In this document: piece after piece, positions 9,270 through 19,112 of the stretch
Layout: every line of letters starts with the position of its first letter
How positions within the stretch are numbered: position 1 is the first letter of the stretch
IMG/VR virus record: IMGVR_UViG_3300031998_000001
Coordinates: 269,064 to 333,063 of that record
DNA length: 64,000 bases
Reading direction: 5' to 3' (one strand)
Source of the DNA: a virus
Lineage: Duplodnaviria > Heunggongvirae > Uroviricota > Caudoviricetes
The notes under the pieces: generated by a model
The model's input: the letters and a program-made list of their open reading frames with translations, nothing else
Databases searched by the model: none
Told to the model about the DNA's origin: nothing
Position numbers and translations under genes: made by a program

Positions 9270-10448
9270 TTAGTAGTCCCACTCGTCATCCCTTCTTGGC
9301 GGATTGACTAAATCGCTACAACCCATAATAATGTCATTGTCATTATCATTATTACTCGCCCACTCGTTGAATGTGTTATACATATATTCGCCAATGATAC
9401 TGCCTATCGGGAACTTTTCAACAGGATACCATCCGCCGTTTTTCCATCCCAATGATACCTTAAAGTTTTTCATATCCCTGTGAAGTTCAACTTCTTTGTC
9501 TTCGTAATCATAGCAGTCCCAGAAATCCGCCGTTCCATCTGCGTCTATATAGAATACATCCCAGTCGTCATTGTGCGAAAGTTGACATTCTACGGTTGCC
9601 TTGATTTCATATTTGCTATCTTTAATGTGCTTGTAACTTTCCTTACCGAAGCAGAATGAAACCGACTTGAATATGTCGTTGACTTCCTTTTCGCTCGTAC
9701 AACCGAGAAAATAAAGCAAGGCTATTGCAGGCTCGTCGATTTTCCCGTTCTTTGTGATGTCATTCACTATGCCAGCGTCACGGATGCCAGAGATGTCGAT
9801 GTCGCTGTAGTCCCCGTCAAGCCCTCGTTCTGGATAGAGGTTTTTTATGATGCCCACGAGTTCGACTTCGGTCTTCGGGGTGAACATTGTCCCGTCATTC
9901 ACTATCATCTCGTTTATCCTGCGCCCCCTGCGGTATGAACGGCTTTCGGCTACAATGCTGTACTTGTCCTCGATAAAGTTGAGGTACATACGGAATACCT
10001 GCGCAATCTCCGACTTGCCCTTATTCCAAGGCTCAAACATATAAAGTTTGTCCTGTACAATTTTCTTGTGGAAACTGCATATCGCTGCGTCCTGCACCTT
10101 TCCACCGCCATAAATCCTGTCAATGTTTACAGCCATATTGAAGAACTTTTCACCCAAGTCTGGATTTGTCTTGATGTGGTCTTTTATCGGTTCATACATT
10201 GCGCCTATGTACCAGTTGATGTCCTTCAGTACATCGTGGATACCGCCGAAGTCGCTCGGATTGATTTTGCCATTATGGTCAAAGAACACTTTTATTCTTT
10301 TGAGGTCGTCTTTACGCTTGGCTGCGGTCATAGCCTCGTGTGCGTACTTCCTGTGGTTTTTTTCCTCATTGTCCTTCCCGTCCAGCCACGGTGCGAGCGG
10401 GTGGATTGCTTCATTTATGAAATCGTCGAGTTTCTTAATGTATGTCAT
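9270..10448 (-). CDS. Hypothetical protein with MTYIKKLDDFINE N-terminal tag (putative internal head protein)
   Basis: Long ORF; minus-strand TATAAATA at 10478-10485; N-terminal motif shared with other ORFs. Confidence 0.7.
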   Translation of the reverse strand: MTYIKKLDDFINEAIHPLAPWLDGKDNEEKNHRKYAHEAMTAAKRKDDLKRIKVFFDHNGKINPSDFGGIHDVLKDINWYIGAMYEPIKDHIKTNPDLGEKFFNMAVNIDRIYGGGKVQDAAICSFHKKIVQDKLYMFEPWNKGKSEIAQVFRMYLNFIEDKYSIVAESRSYRRGRRINEMIVNDGTMFTPKTEVELVGIIKNLYPERGLDGDYSDIDISGIRDAGIVNDITKNGKIDEPAIALLYFLGCTSEKEVNDIFKSVSFCFGKESYKHIKDSKYEIKATVECQLSHNDDWDVFYIDADGTADFWDCYDYEDKEVELHRDMKNFKVSLGWKNGGWYPVEKFPIGSIIGEYMYNTFNEWASNNDNDNDIIMGCSDLVNPPRRDDEWDY

Positions 10449-10492
10449 ATTGTTCAAAAATTATATTATATATAACTTATTTATATTTCATT

Positions 10493-12382
10493 TCAGTACC
10501 AGCATCCGACCTTGTACGACTTGCGCATAAGTTCCCCGTTCTCGACCCACAGGAACTCCACTATCGCGTTGCCCCTGACCACAAGCCGAGCCGTTGCGTG
10601 CGGTTTAAGCCTCGTGTCGTATATGAGCCGTCCCGTCGTGTCGTATGCGTATGCGTCCGTAATTGCGCCTCCCGCCACAAGGAGTATGCACCCTCCGTCA
10701 TACATTATGTTCGGGAGTTCTGCCCGCCTGCCCTGCCTCATCGCCACTATTATCTCCGACGCTTCGGGGTAGTATGCCTCGGACTGCGACCACACCGAGT
10801 CGTATTGCACGAACTTGTAGTAAGTGGTGTCCCAGCGTATGTCGGCATCCATATACGAGTAGTTTGTTGTTATGGTCGAGTTGCCCCCGCACAATGTCGG
10901 CTGCCAAGCGAACACCTCCCAGTCCGTTGCGTCGGGGCTTCTCATAAGGCTGAAGCCAGCATTGCGCCTTTCCGTCGCCGTAGCCCATTCGAGCAGGTTT
11001 CCGCAGTCGGTTTCCGTAACCGTGAAGTAGAGCAGTGTTATCGGAAGCGGTGTCGGGACATTCACATCCACGATTACATTCTTGTAGTAACTCCCGCACC
11101 TGACCGTAAGCGTGTCACGCCCGTCGGCGAGTATGTTCACATTCCTGTCGTCGATTTCGGTCAAGCCCCTGTCCGTCGAACCCCAAGCCGTGCCAGCAAA
11201 GTCGGACACCATAAAGTTCGTATGTATGTCGTCATAAGTTTCCGAGTTGGAGAACAGCGCGTATGACTTCGCCACCGCAATCACGCTCTCGTTTGTAAAG
11301 TCCTTTGGATACGGATAGCCATTGGTAAATGTCCACCCGTTTAATTGGGCAGCCAATCCATCTTCTATTGTTTCATCAGTACGCTTTGCAACTCCTTTGC
11401 CTGATGTATTTAATGTAGTCCGAAATCCATCATAATAATTATCGCTTATTTGACAAGTGCTTATGAATTGCGTTTCTGATATTTTACCAACGATTGCGGA
11501 CGGACTACCATTTTTGGCAACAACAAGCCCAGCACTCAAACAACTATCTATAACTATATCTTTATAGTACCCACCAACAATACCTCCAAAAAATGTATTT
11601 TCATTTCGACGACCATCAATATTGCCACAATTTAAGCAATTTCTAATCGTTGTATGCTGTCTTGCGTATCCTAATATTCCACCCACTGATGAATATCCAT
11701 TACAGTCGGACAGATTTATACATTTCTCTATAAAACATTCAGGGTCATTTGAAACATTATTGCCTGTGGGTCCGCTCCTGCCAACTATTCCGCCTACGCA
11801 TTTTACATTGCCCGTAGTTCTTATTTCGCCAGAAGTTGAACATTGGTACACACTTGCGCCGCATTTCAATTCACCGACAATACCGCCTACATATAAATCC
11901 CTTCCTGTAGCGGTATTGTCAGAAGTAATGACCGTTATGCTTCCTATGAAATGACAGTTCCGTACAAGTGTTCCCTTTTTCTGCGCAAGCCCGACAATCC
12001 CAGATATATGTCCACTATCATCTGTCGAAACAATAACACCCTTCACAATTACATTTTCCACTACGCCTTCCAGCAAGCCGAAAAGGGCAGAATAATTACC
12101 GCCATTAGTTATATGCAAGTTTGATATTGTGTGGTTCTGTCCGTCAAACACACCCTTGAATGGTCGGGCTGTGCTGTCGCTAATGTATCCTATCGGTGCC
12201 CACGCACTTGTAAGCACAATGTCATTTGCAAGTTCTATTCTAATGTTCTCGTATGTGCGCAACCCCATATTTACCGAATCGGCTATCACCCGAAGTTCCG
12301 TTTCGGAAGATATGCTTATCGTCCGCGCATATCCGGCTATGCACACCACAAGGCACACCAACAGTGTAATCGCTTTCTTCAT
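10493..12382 (-). CDS. Secreted GLUG-repeat beta-solenoid protein with a Bacteroidota T9SS-cargo-like C-terminal region
   Basis: Signal peptide MKKAITLLVCLVVCIAGYA, FKGVFDGQNHTISNL, repeated VGGIVG, PLPITLLYF...LEWATATE..N.GF module. Confidence 0.8.
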   Translation of the reverse strand: MKKAITLLVCLVVCIAGYARTISISSETELRVIADSVNMGLRTYENIRIELANDIVLTSAWAPIGYISDSTARPFKGVFDGQNHTISNLHITNGGNYSALFGLLEGVVENVIVKGVIVSTDDSGHISGIVGLAQKKGTLVRNCHFIGSITVITSDNTATGRDLYVGGIVGELKCGASVYQCSTSGEIRTTGNVKCVGGIVGRSGPTGNNVSNDPECFIEKCINLSDCNGYSSVGGILGYARQHTTIRNCLNCGNIDGRRNENTFFGGIVGGYYKDIVIDSCLSAGLVVAKNGSPSAIVGKISETQFISTCQISDNYYDGFRTTLNTSGKGVAKRTDETIEDGLAAQLNGWTFTNGYPYPKDFTNESVIAVAKSYALFSNSETYDDIHTNFMVSDFAGTAWGSTDRGLTEIDDRNVNILADGRDTLTVRCGSYYKNVIVDVNVPTPLPITLLYFTVTETDCGNLLEWATATERRNAGFSLMRSPDATDWEVFAWQPTLCGGNSTITTNYSYMDADIRWDTTYYKFVQYDSVWSQSEAYYPEASEIIVAMRQGRRAELPNIMYDGGCILLVAGGAITDAYAYDTTGRLIYDTRLKPHATARLVVRGNAIVEFLWVENGELMRKSYKVGCWY

Positions 12383-12592
12383 AACGCCTGACAAGATGCT
12401 ATATTGTATTATTTATATGTGGAAAGAGAATGGGGGAGCGTTTCATCCCACTCCCCCGAACACCAGTCCTTTCTGCGAGAAATTGGTAGCGAAATTCATT
12501 CTGCAAGCCTGATGTATGCTGACGGCAAATGCTACCTCCGTGTATGTTATTTATATCTTGGCGCGTACTGGTGTTTTTTTTTCAACAAATTT

Positions 12593-12623
12593 CTGAAATC
12601 TATTCCGTTTCCCAATATATTAG
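12593..12623 (+). promoter_or_regulatory. Class A promoter CTGAAAT-N14-AATATATTAG
   Basis: Conserved motif upstream of the methyltransferase cluster. Confidence 0.8.
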
Positions 12624-12641
12624 CAATAAATAGTCTGGAAG

Positions 12642-13526
12642 ATGAACAACTTGCAACCCGTCATAAAATGGTCTGGCTCGAAGCGAAGCCAAGCAAAGGC
12701 GATAGTGTCCCTCGTCAGCGGGCGTTACGGCACTTACTACGAGAGTTTCTGCGGAGGGTGCTCCGTCCTCTACTACATACTGAACAACCGACCAGAACTG
12801 TTCAGGAGATATGTGTGCAACGACATCAACGAGCCTCTAATCGAACTCTATCGCCTGATAATGTCAGACCACAGGCGCGTGTGGAAATCGTACACCGAAC
12901 TCTGGCACGGACTTAACGACGGGAAGGGTGCTGGCGACCTTGACAAGAAGAAGGAGTATTTCTACAAGGTCAGGGACGAGTTCAACAGGACGCACTCCCC
13001 CGAACTGTTCTTCTTCATTATGCGGACGACAACCAACGGTATGCCGAGATACAATGCGGACGGGGACTTCAACAACTCCTTCCATTTCACGAGGGACGGG
13101 ATAACGCCAGACGGTGCGCTCGAAGTCCTCGAAGAATGGTCTCGGACGCTCAACAGGCACAATGTGGAGTTCAGGAGCGGAAGTTACGACCGCATATCGC
13201 CAGAGGCGGACGACTTCCTGTATCTCGACCCGCCGTACTACAACACGAAGGGTATGTACTACGGAACTATAGACTTCGACGGGCTGTGGAACTACCTCCG
13301 TGGCGTGCCGTGCGACTACTTCTTGAGTTTTGACGGGCTTGCTGGAGACATCGACTTAACAGCCCCCGTGCCAAGTGACATATATGACGAGCACAGACTG
13401 CTCGACGGCGGGAACTCGTCGTTCCGCAGGCTGATAGGCAAATCCCGCGACACAATAGTCAGGGAAAGCCTCTACATAAGAAAGAAACGCAACACCAATA
13501 TATTGGCTATAAATAAGTTGTTCTGA
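12642..13526 (+). CDS. DNA adenine methyltransferase (Dam/D12 class)
   Basis: KWSGSK, ESFCGGCSV, ND, LYLDPPY motifs. Confidence 0.92.
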   Translation: MNNLQPVIKWSGSKRSQAKAIVSLVSGRYGTYYESFCGGCSVLYYILNNRPELFRRYVCNDINEPLIELYRLIMSDHRRVWKSYTELWHGLNDGKGAGDLDKKKEYFYKVRDEFNRTHSPELFFFIMRTTTNGMPRYNADGDFNNSFHFTRDGITPDGALEVLEEWSRTLNRHNVEFRSGSYDRISPEADDFLYLDPPYYNTKGMYYGTIDFDGLWNYLRGVPCDYFLSFDGLAGDIDLTAPVPSDIYDEHRLLDGGNSSFRRLIGKSRDTIVRESLYIRKKRNTNILAINKLF

Positions 13527-13537
13527 TATTCGTGATT

Positions 13538-14338
13538 ATGGCTGAATACAAGTTATACAACGGCGACTGCCTCGAAGTGATGAAGTCGATACCCGACGGA
13601 AGCATAGACCTTATTCTATGCGATTTGCCCTACGGCACTACGGCTTGCAGTTGGGATGTCGTAATTCCGTTCGAGCCGTTGTGGAAGGAATATGACAGGA
13701 TTGCAAAGGACACCGCCCCGATAGTCCTGTTCGGCTCACAGCCGTTCACTACGCTTATGGTCGCATCAAACATAAGGAACTTCAGGGAGGAACTCGTGTG
13801 GCTCAAAAACAAGAGCGGAAGCGGTCTGCACGCGGACAGGAGGCACATAAAGGTTCACGAGAACATAATGGTATTCTCGAAGGGGGCGTACACATTCAAC
13901 CCGCAGAAGTGGGAAGTGAAGGACAGGGAGTTCCTCGTACACAGGAAAGTCTTTGACTACGGATATGCCGACAACAACATATACGGAAGCGTGCGGGATA
14001 TGAAGAAGGCTGACGACGGGACGAGAAACCCGATAAGCGTGGTATCATACGAAGTCCCGTTCACACCGCAGAAGAAAAGGCAGTACACGGATGTTGACAT
14101 AAGGCTTCACCCGACACAGAAGCCCATCGCATTGCTCGAATACCTGATTAGGACATATTCCAACGAGGGCGATACGGTGCTCGACAACTGTATGGGAAGC
14201 GGTTCTACGGGTGTGGCGTGCATAAATACTGGGAGAAATTTCTTCGGCATTGAACTTGACGAGGAATACTACAAGGTCGCCGAGCAGAGAATCGGGGAAG
14301 CAAAAAGACAAACCACAGAAAGCATAAAACTATTCTGA
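13538..14338 (+). CDS. DNA N4/N6 methyltransferase (beta class)
   Basis: DLPYG, HPTQKP, VLDNCMGSGST, GIELD motifs. Confidence 0.92.
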   Translation: MAEYKLYNGDCLEVMKSIPDGSIDLILCDLPYGTTACSWDVVIPFEPLWKEYDRIAKDTAPIVLFGSQPFTTLMVASNIRNFREELVWLKNKSGSGLHADRRHIKVHENIMVFSKGAYTFNPQKWEVKDREFLVHRKVFDYGYADNNIYGSVRDMKKADDGTRNPISVVSYEVPFTPQKKRQYTDVDIRLHPTQKPIALLEYLIRTYSNEGDTVLDNCMGSGSTGVACINTGRNFFGIELDEEYYKVAEQRIGEAKRQTTESIKLF

Positions 14339-14339
14339 T

Positions 14340-15212
14340 ATGAACGAATATATCAAAAGTCCGATAAACTACACAGGCAACAAGTTCAAGTTGCTGGGGC
14401 AGATAATCCCGCTGTTCCCGTCAAAGATAAACAGATTCGTGGATGCGTTCGGCGGAAGCGGAACGGTAACGCTCAACACCAGCGCAAGGCAATACACATA
14501 CAACGAATTTGCGGAATATGTATATAAGATGTTCAGCGGGCTTATACACGGGGACTATGACGAGATAATAGAAAAGATAAACGCCACGATAGACGAATAT
14601 TCGCTTGACAAGACCAACGAGAACGGATACCTGAAATTAAGGGACGACTACAACAACGGCAGGAACGACTGGATAACCCTGTATGTCCTGTGCTGCTACG
14701 CATTCAACTCACAGGGGCGTTTCAACGGTGCTGGGAAGTTCAATATGCCTTTCGGCAAAGACCGCTCCTGCTTCAGCGATGTCCAGAAGGAAAACATACG
14801 GAGAATGAAAAACGGGTTCGACGGCAAATATGTAGGATGCACGAACCTGTCGTTCGACGAGATTGACTACTCCGCGCTCGGCTCTGGGGACTTCGTGTAC
14901 TTCGACCCGCCCTACTACGGAAGCACGGCGGTATATAACGAGAAGAACGGATGGACATACGCGCAGGAGAAGAAACTTGCCGAGATAGCCGATATGCTTG
15001 ACGGCAAAGGCATCAGTTTCGCAATATCCAACAACCTGAAATACGGAAACCAGATACTCGACGAACTGTGCGAACGCTACACGGCGATACATCTCGGAAG
15101 CAAGTACAACAACTCGTCATACCACAAGAAGGACAAGGAAGCATCGGACGATGAGGTTCTTGTAGTCAACTATGACATCAGCAGGTCAAACCTCCGCATA
15201 AAACTATTCTGA
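14340..15212 (+). CDS. DNA adenine methyltransferase (Dam/D12 class)
   Basis: NYTGNK, DAFGGSG, FVYFDPPY motifs. Confidence 0.92.
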   Translation: MNEYIKSPINYTGNKFKLLGQIIPLFPSKINRFVDAFGGSGTVTLNTSARQYTYNEFAEYVYKMFSGLIHGDYDEIIEKINATIDEYSLDKTNENGYLKLRDDYNNGRNDWITLYVLCCYAFNSQGRFNGAGKFNMPFGKDRSCFSDVQKENIRRMKNGFDGKYVGCTNLSFDEIDYSALGSGDFVYFDPPYYGSTAVYNEKNGWTYAQEKKLAEIADMLDGKGISFAISNNLKYGNQILDELCERYTAIHLGSKYNNSSYHKKDKEASDDEVLVVNYDISRSNLRIKLF

Positions 15213-15282
15213 CTATGAATAGACCTTGACAAATTACCGTAACCGCCAGCCTTATATATAAATATTATATAGTGTTTGGAAA

Positions 15283-16050
15283 ATGAAAGACTTTTTGAAG
15301 GACAACTGGCTGACGATACTTATACTCATTGCAGGCATAGTGCTTGCAATCCTGCTTGGGCGCAGTTGCTCGAAGCAGAGGGAACTCAAGGATGAAATCT
15401 CCCGATACGAGAACAACATCAAGGCTCTAAACGACACCCTCAAGAACTACAAGGACGGCACTTACCAGTGCGCCGAGATGAGGGCGTTGCAACTCCGCGT
15501 GGGCGAACTTGAAGATTCGCTCAAACTCGAAAGGGGCAAGGAGCCGATTACGATAGTCAGGTACATCACGGTGGTAGCCGACACGGTTTATGCGGACGGA
15601 GAGATAATACACGACACGACTTTGATATACGGTAGCGTATGCGATGCTGGGTCACTTACATTGCACTCCGAAGATACATTCGGGAAGAGTTCGAGGGTGC
15701 TCGACGCGACCATTCCGTATAAGATAGATACCCTCTGCAATATGGAAACCGAGAAAGGCAGGTTCACGATAAACCAGAACATATGGCTTGACGCGACGGT
15801 TTACCGTAACAAGAACGGGGAGAGTTTCCTACGGCTGAAAACCGACTATCCGAACATAACATTCAACAGCGGGACGGCAATAGCCATAGCGGACAGACCG
15901 TCGGAAAAGAAAAAGCACTTCGGTGTCTGCATCGGTCCCGCAGTGGGCTATGGGGCTGTGATAGGCAACAACGGAAAACTTGTATCGGGCGCACCCTACA
16001 TAGGCATAGGCGCATCAATCGGATGGTGTCCCGACAAACTTAAATTTTAG
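15283..16050 (+). CDS. Membrane-anchored protein, possibly spanin-like
   Basis: N-terminal TM helix, coiled coil, C-terminal amphipathic beta hairpin (GVCIGPAVGYG...YIGIGASIGW). Confidence 0.5.
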   Translation: MKDFLKDNWLTILILIAGIVLAILLGRSCSKQRELKDEISRYENNIKALNDTLKNYKDGTYQCAEMRALQLRVGELEDSLKLERGKEPITIVRYITVVADTVYADGEIIHDTTLIYGSVCDAGSLTLHSEDTFGKSSRVLDATIPYKIDTLCNMETEKGRFTINQNIWLDATVYRNKNGESFLRLKTDYPNITFNSGTAIAIADRPSEKKKHFGVCIGPAVGYGAVIGNNGKLVSGAPYIGIGASIGWCPDKLKF

Positions 16051-16054
16051 GACA

Positions 16055-16735
16055 ATGGCGGACAATGAAGAACAGAGGCACAGGCGAGACCAAGCCAACG
16101 AGATAGCCAATATGCTCAACGAGTTCTCTGCGGGGGTGGTTGACAACTTCGTGGACGAGAACACTATGGTATTCGACAACAAGGCGGAAGAGGAGGAACT
16201 CCAACGGCTCAAGGACGAGCAGGAGAAGGCGGAGGTCGCGCTTGCGACCACATCGAAGAACTCCGCGCAGGAACTCATAGACTCGGCACTCCAACTCTAT
16301 GCGAAGAAAACGGGGGACATAAGTTATGTCAAGTTCAAGGCGAAGAGCGATGTCAACGCATTCGGCAAGATACTCCAGCAGATAGAGATAAACGAGGACG
16401 CGATAAGGGAGATAATGAGGGACATAAAACTCAACGGTCCCAACCCGAACCTTATGCGCTGTCTGTCCGACCTGCAAAAGACGGAGATTGAACTCCTCAA
16501 AATCCGCTCCCAATACTTGCAGGAAATCGAGCAGTCGCTGAAACAGGTGTCAAGCGATGTGGAGATGTCGGAGGCGGTCGAACTCGAAAGCGAGGAGGAA
16601 ACCACGAGCGCGAAGATAAGAGGTCAGAGAGACCTGATGATAATGCTCGAACAGGCGAAGAAGGACAGCACGAAGCAAATCACGGAAATCACAAACCAAG
16701 AAAACAATAGCGGGAATGAAGATACAAATGGTTAA
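16055..16735 (+). CDS. Hypothetical coiled-coil protein
   Basis: 226-aa helical ORF. Confidence 0.7.
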   Translation: MADNEEQRHRRDQANEIANMLNEFSAGVVDNFVDENTMVFDNKAEEEELQRLKDEQEKAEVALATTSKNSAQELIDSALQLYAKKTGDISYVKFKAKSDVNAFGKILQQIEINEDAIREIMRDIKLNGPNPNLMRCLSDLQKTEIELLKIRSQYLQEIEQSLKQVSSDVEMSEAVELESEEETTSAKIRGQRDLMIMLEQAKKDSTKQITEITNQENNSGNEDTNG

Positions 16736-16967
16736 CGGGTATGTGCTCGTCAAGGACGACAAACTCGAAGACATAACCACGAAAGCAGGCATAGTGATAC
16801 CGCAGAAGTGGCAACGCATAGCGACTATCGTCGCAGTCCCAGAGGGGGAAACAAGATACAGCGTGGGTGACAGGGTTATAAAGCCGATAGGCAAGGGAAC
16901 GCCCATAACGCTCGAAGGCGAGGAATACGAGGCGATAAGGGGCGAACTCCTATTCGCCAGACTTTAA
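16716..16967 (+). CDS. groES: GroES-like co-chaperonin
   Basis: YVLVK, TKAGIVIP mobile loop, VGDRVI, EGEEY. Confidence 0.85.
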   Translation: MKIQMVNGYVLVKDDKLEDITTKAGIVIPQKWQRIATIVAVPEGETRYSVGDRVIKPIGKGTPITLEGEEYEAIRGELLFARL

Positions 16968-17480
16968 CTTCTTCTTCTTCGTGAAACCGCTCGGTCTGCG
17001 GGTGGCGATGAACGACCTCGAAGGGTCTATCACCGCGTTTATCGTGTTGATGAATATCCTGTTGAGCAGGACTTCCGCGTATGAATTGTTGCGGCGGGCT
17101 ATCGTGAACGGAATGTTCTCGTACAACTTGCCCCTGAATGTTATGTTGAGGCGCGTCTTCACCCTTTCCTCGTCGCCCCTGTTTCGGATATTGCACTTCC
17201 CGATGTACGGGGTTTCAAACTCGACATCTCCGAGTTTCCACCTTACCTTGTCACCGTCAACTTCATATTCGTCCGCGTGTATGGAGCAGAACGAACCGTT
17301 GCCAGTGTCCATCTTGGCGACAACCTCGCCCATACCGTTTATGTCTATGGTTTCGAGATAACCGCACCTCACCTGAACTGTGTCAGACCTCCTGCTCTTG
17401 TGCTTCTCGCCGTCACTGCCATATATGAAAGCCTCCCAGAGAGGGCTTGAACCGAACTCGTCAAATGTCATAATATCCAT
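16950..17480 (-). CDS. Retropepsin-like (RimK-associated Zn-protease family) protease
   Basis: AKMDTGN...SIHA motif and C-terminal VLL.R...IDPS. Confidence 0.75.
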   Translation of the reverse strand: MDIMTFDEFGSSPLWEAFIYGSDGEKHKSRRSDTVQVRCGYLETIDINGMGEVVAKMDTGNGSFCSIHADEYEVDGDKVRWKLGDVEFETPYIGKCNIRNRGDEERVKTRLNITFRGKLYENIPFTIARRNNSYAEVLLNRIFINTINAVIDPSRSFIATRRPSGFTKKKKLKSGE

Positions 17481-17524
17481 TTTGCAAAGATATAAATATT
17501 ATATAGTATTTATAATTATCGACT

Positions 17525-19042
17525 ATGAGAACATTCGACAGGCTTTTTGAAAAGTACGGCATCGGCAGGCAACTCGACGAACTTATGCCAGCATACATAA
17601 CGGAGGGTGAAACATTTGACACCGACTGCTTCGAGCGCATATCGCTCAACGAGAGCGAGGAGAAACTCCCGACCAAGTATCCAGTCAAGGACGCACCGAA
17701 GGTAAAGGGCTGGTTCGGGCTTATCTCCGTAAGATATATGATGAAAGTGCGTGCAATACGCAAACTCTGCATCCAGTACATAAACTCCTATGTGGAGAGT
17801 GCGCTCAATGTGGCGAAGAATCTTGACAAGGTAAAGATGTTCAAGGAGATGAGAAACCTTGCAACCGACCTCGCTATGTCGTATGACGACAAGAAGAACC
17901 ACGAACGCTCGGTGAACACGAAGGCTGGTCTTGCATTTTTAAGCGGGGACAAGGCGTTGCAGGACAAACTCTCCGCAATACTCGGACAGATTGACACCCA
18001 CGCGCAGAAAAGCGACCAGTTGAAGGAATGGGCTGACCTGATGAAACTGAAGAGCAAGGAAATCGCCTGCAATGTGGTTTACAACGAAACACGCGAAATC
18101 ATCGAGAAGGAGGCTTCCGAAAAGGAAAAGCGGGAACTCAAGGAAATCGACAAGGAATTTGTCGAGGCGGGAAAAGGCGCAGAGGAAGCACTTGCAGAGG
18201 GCGCGGAAAAGACAAAGAAGAACAAGGAAGTCCACGAGTTGAAGGAGAATTTCAAGAAAAAACTCAAGGGCAAGACTGGCGACGATGTTCCGCAGGAATT
18301 AAGGGACAAGAACGGCAAGTTCAGCACCCAGAAGTTCAACAAACTCGCAAAGACCGAAAACGGATTGAAGCAGTTGCAGAATTTGCTTGACGGATTGAAT
18401 GAAAGTGCAAGTTATGTCATAACGAGTTTTGACAAGTTCAATGAAAGCCTTATGAACAAAATGGACTATGCCGTGATAGAGGTGCAGCACTTCGACGACA
18501 TCGAGAAGAGATGGTGCGTGGATGTATGGAAAACCCACAACCAGATGGAGGAGGGCAAGACCGTAGCGTATGTATATGAGGACGGCGATGTCGAGTTCAT
18601 CGACCCCGAAGCCGAACAAAGCAAGCAGGTACATCGGGAAATCATACACTTCCTCAAGACCCAATACAAGTGGTACACCAGCGGAAAGAAGTTCAACGAA
18701 AGTTATATCCCAATCAGGGGGAAGGTAGTAACCGACGGAGAACTCCGCAGGGCGATAGCACAGGCAGCGAAATACGACAACGGCACACAAAAAGTATATG
18801 CCGAGGACATTTCGGCAGAACCCGTAATACTCGACAGTTCGGTAATAAGAGGTATGAAGTGGGCTGTACTTGAAATCGAACTAAACGACGGTCAGATAGG
18901 AGTACGGGTGATGCCGTACAGGGGCAAGATGCGTGACGGGCATTATGTCGAAAGAGAGTACGACGTGCTTCCGCTCGAAGCGTTCACCGACGAAAGCGTA
19001 AACAGGCTCTATGACATCATAGAGAGGTACAACGACAGATAA
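17525..19042 (+). CDS. Hypothetical multi-domain protein (putative internal head protein)
   Basis: 505-aa ORF after TATAAATA; repeated xNES segments. Confidence 0.7.
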   Translation: MRTFDRLFEKYGIGRQLDELMPAYITEGETFDTDCFERISLNESEEKLPTKYPVKDAPKVKGWFGLISVRYMMKVRAIRKLCIQYINSYVESALNVAKNLDKVKMFKEMRNLATDLAMSYDDKKNHERSVNTKAGLAFLSGDKALQDKLSAILGQIDTHAQKSDQLKEWADLMKLKSKEIACNVVYNETREIIEKEASEKEKRELKEIDKEFVEAGKGAEEALAEGAEKTKKNKEVHELKENFKKKLKGKTGDDVPQELRDKNGKFSTQKFNKLAKTENGLKQLQNLLDGLNESASYVITSFDKFNESLMNKMDYAVIEVQHFDDIEKRWCVDVWKTHNQMEEGKTVAYVYEDGDVEFIDPEAEQSKQVHREIIHFLKTQYKWYTSGKKFNESYIPIRGKVVTDGELRRAIAQAAKYDNGTQKVYAEDISAEPVILDSSVIRGMKWAVLEIELNDGQIGVRVMPYRGKMRDGHYVEREYDVLPLEAFTDESVNRLYDIIERYNDR

Positions 19043-19112
19043 CATATATGTTACATAGGGACGGGTGGCTTTCGGGCTGACCGTCCCTCCCCTAAATAAA
19101 TAACCAGCAACG

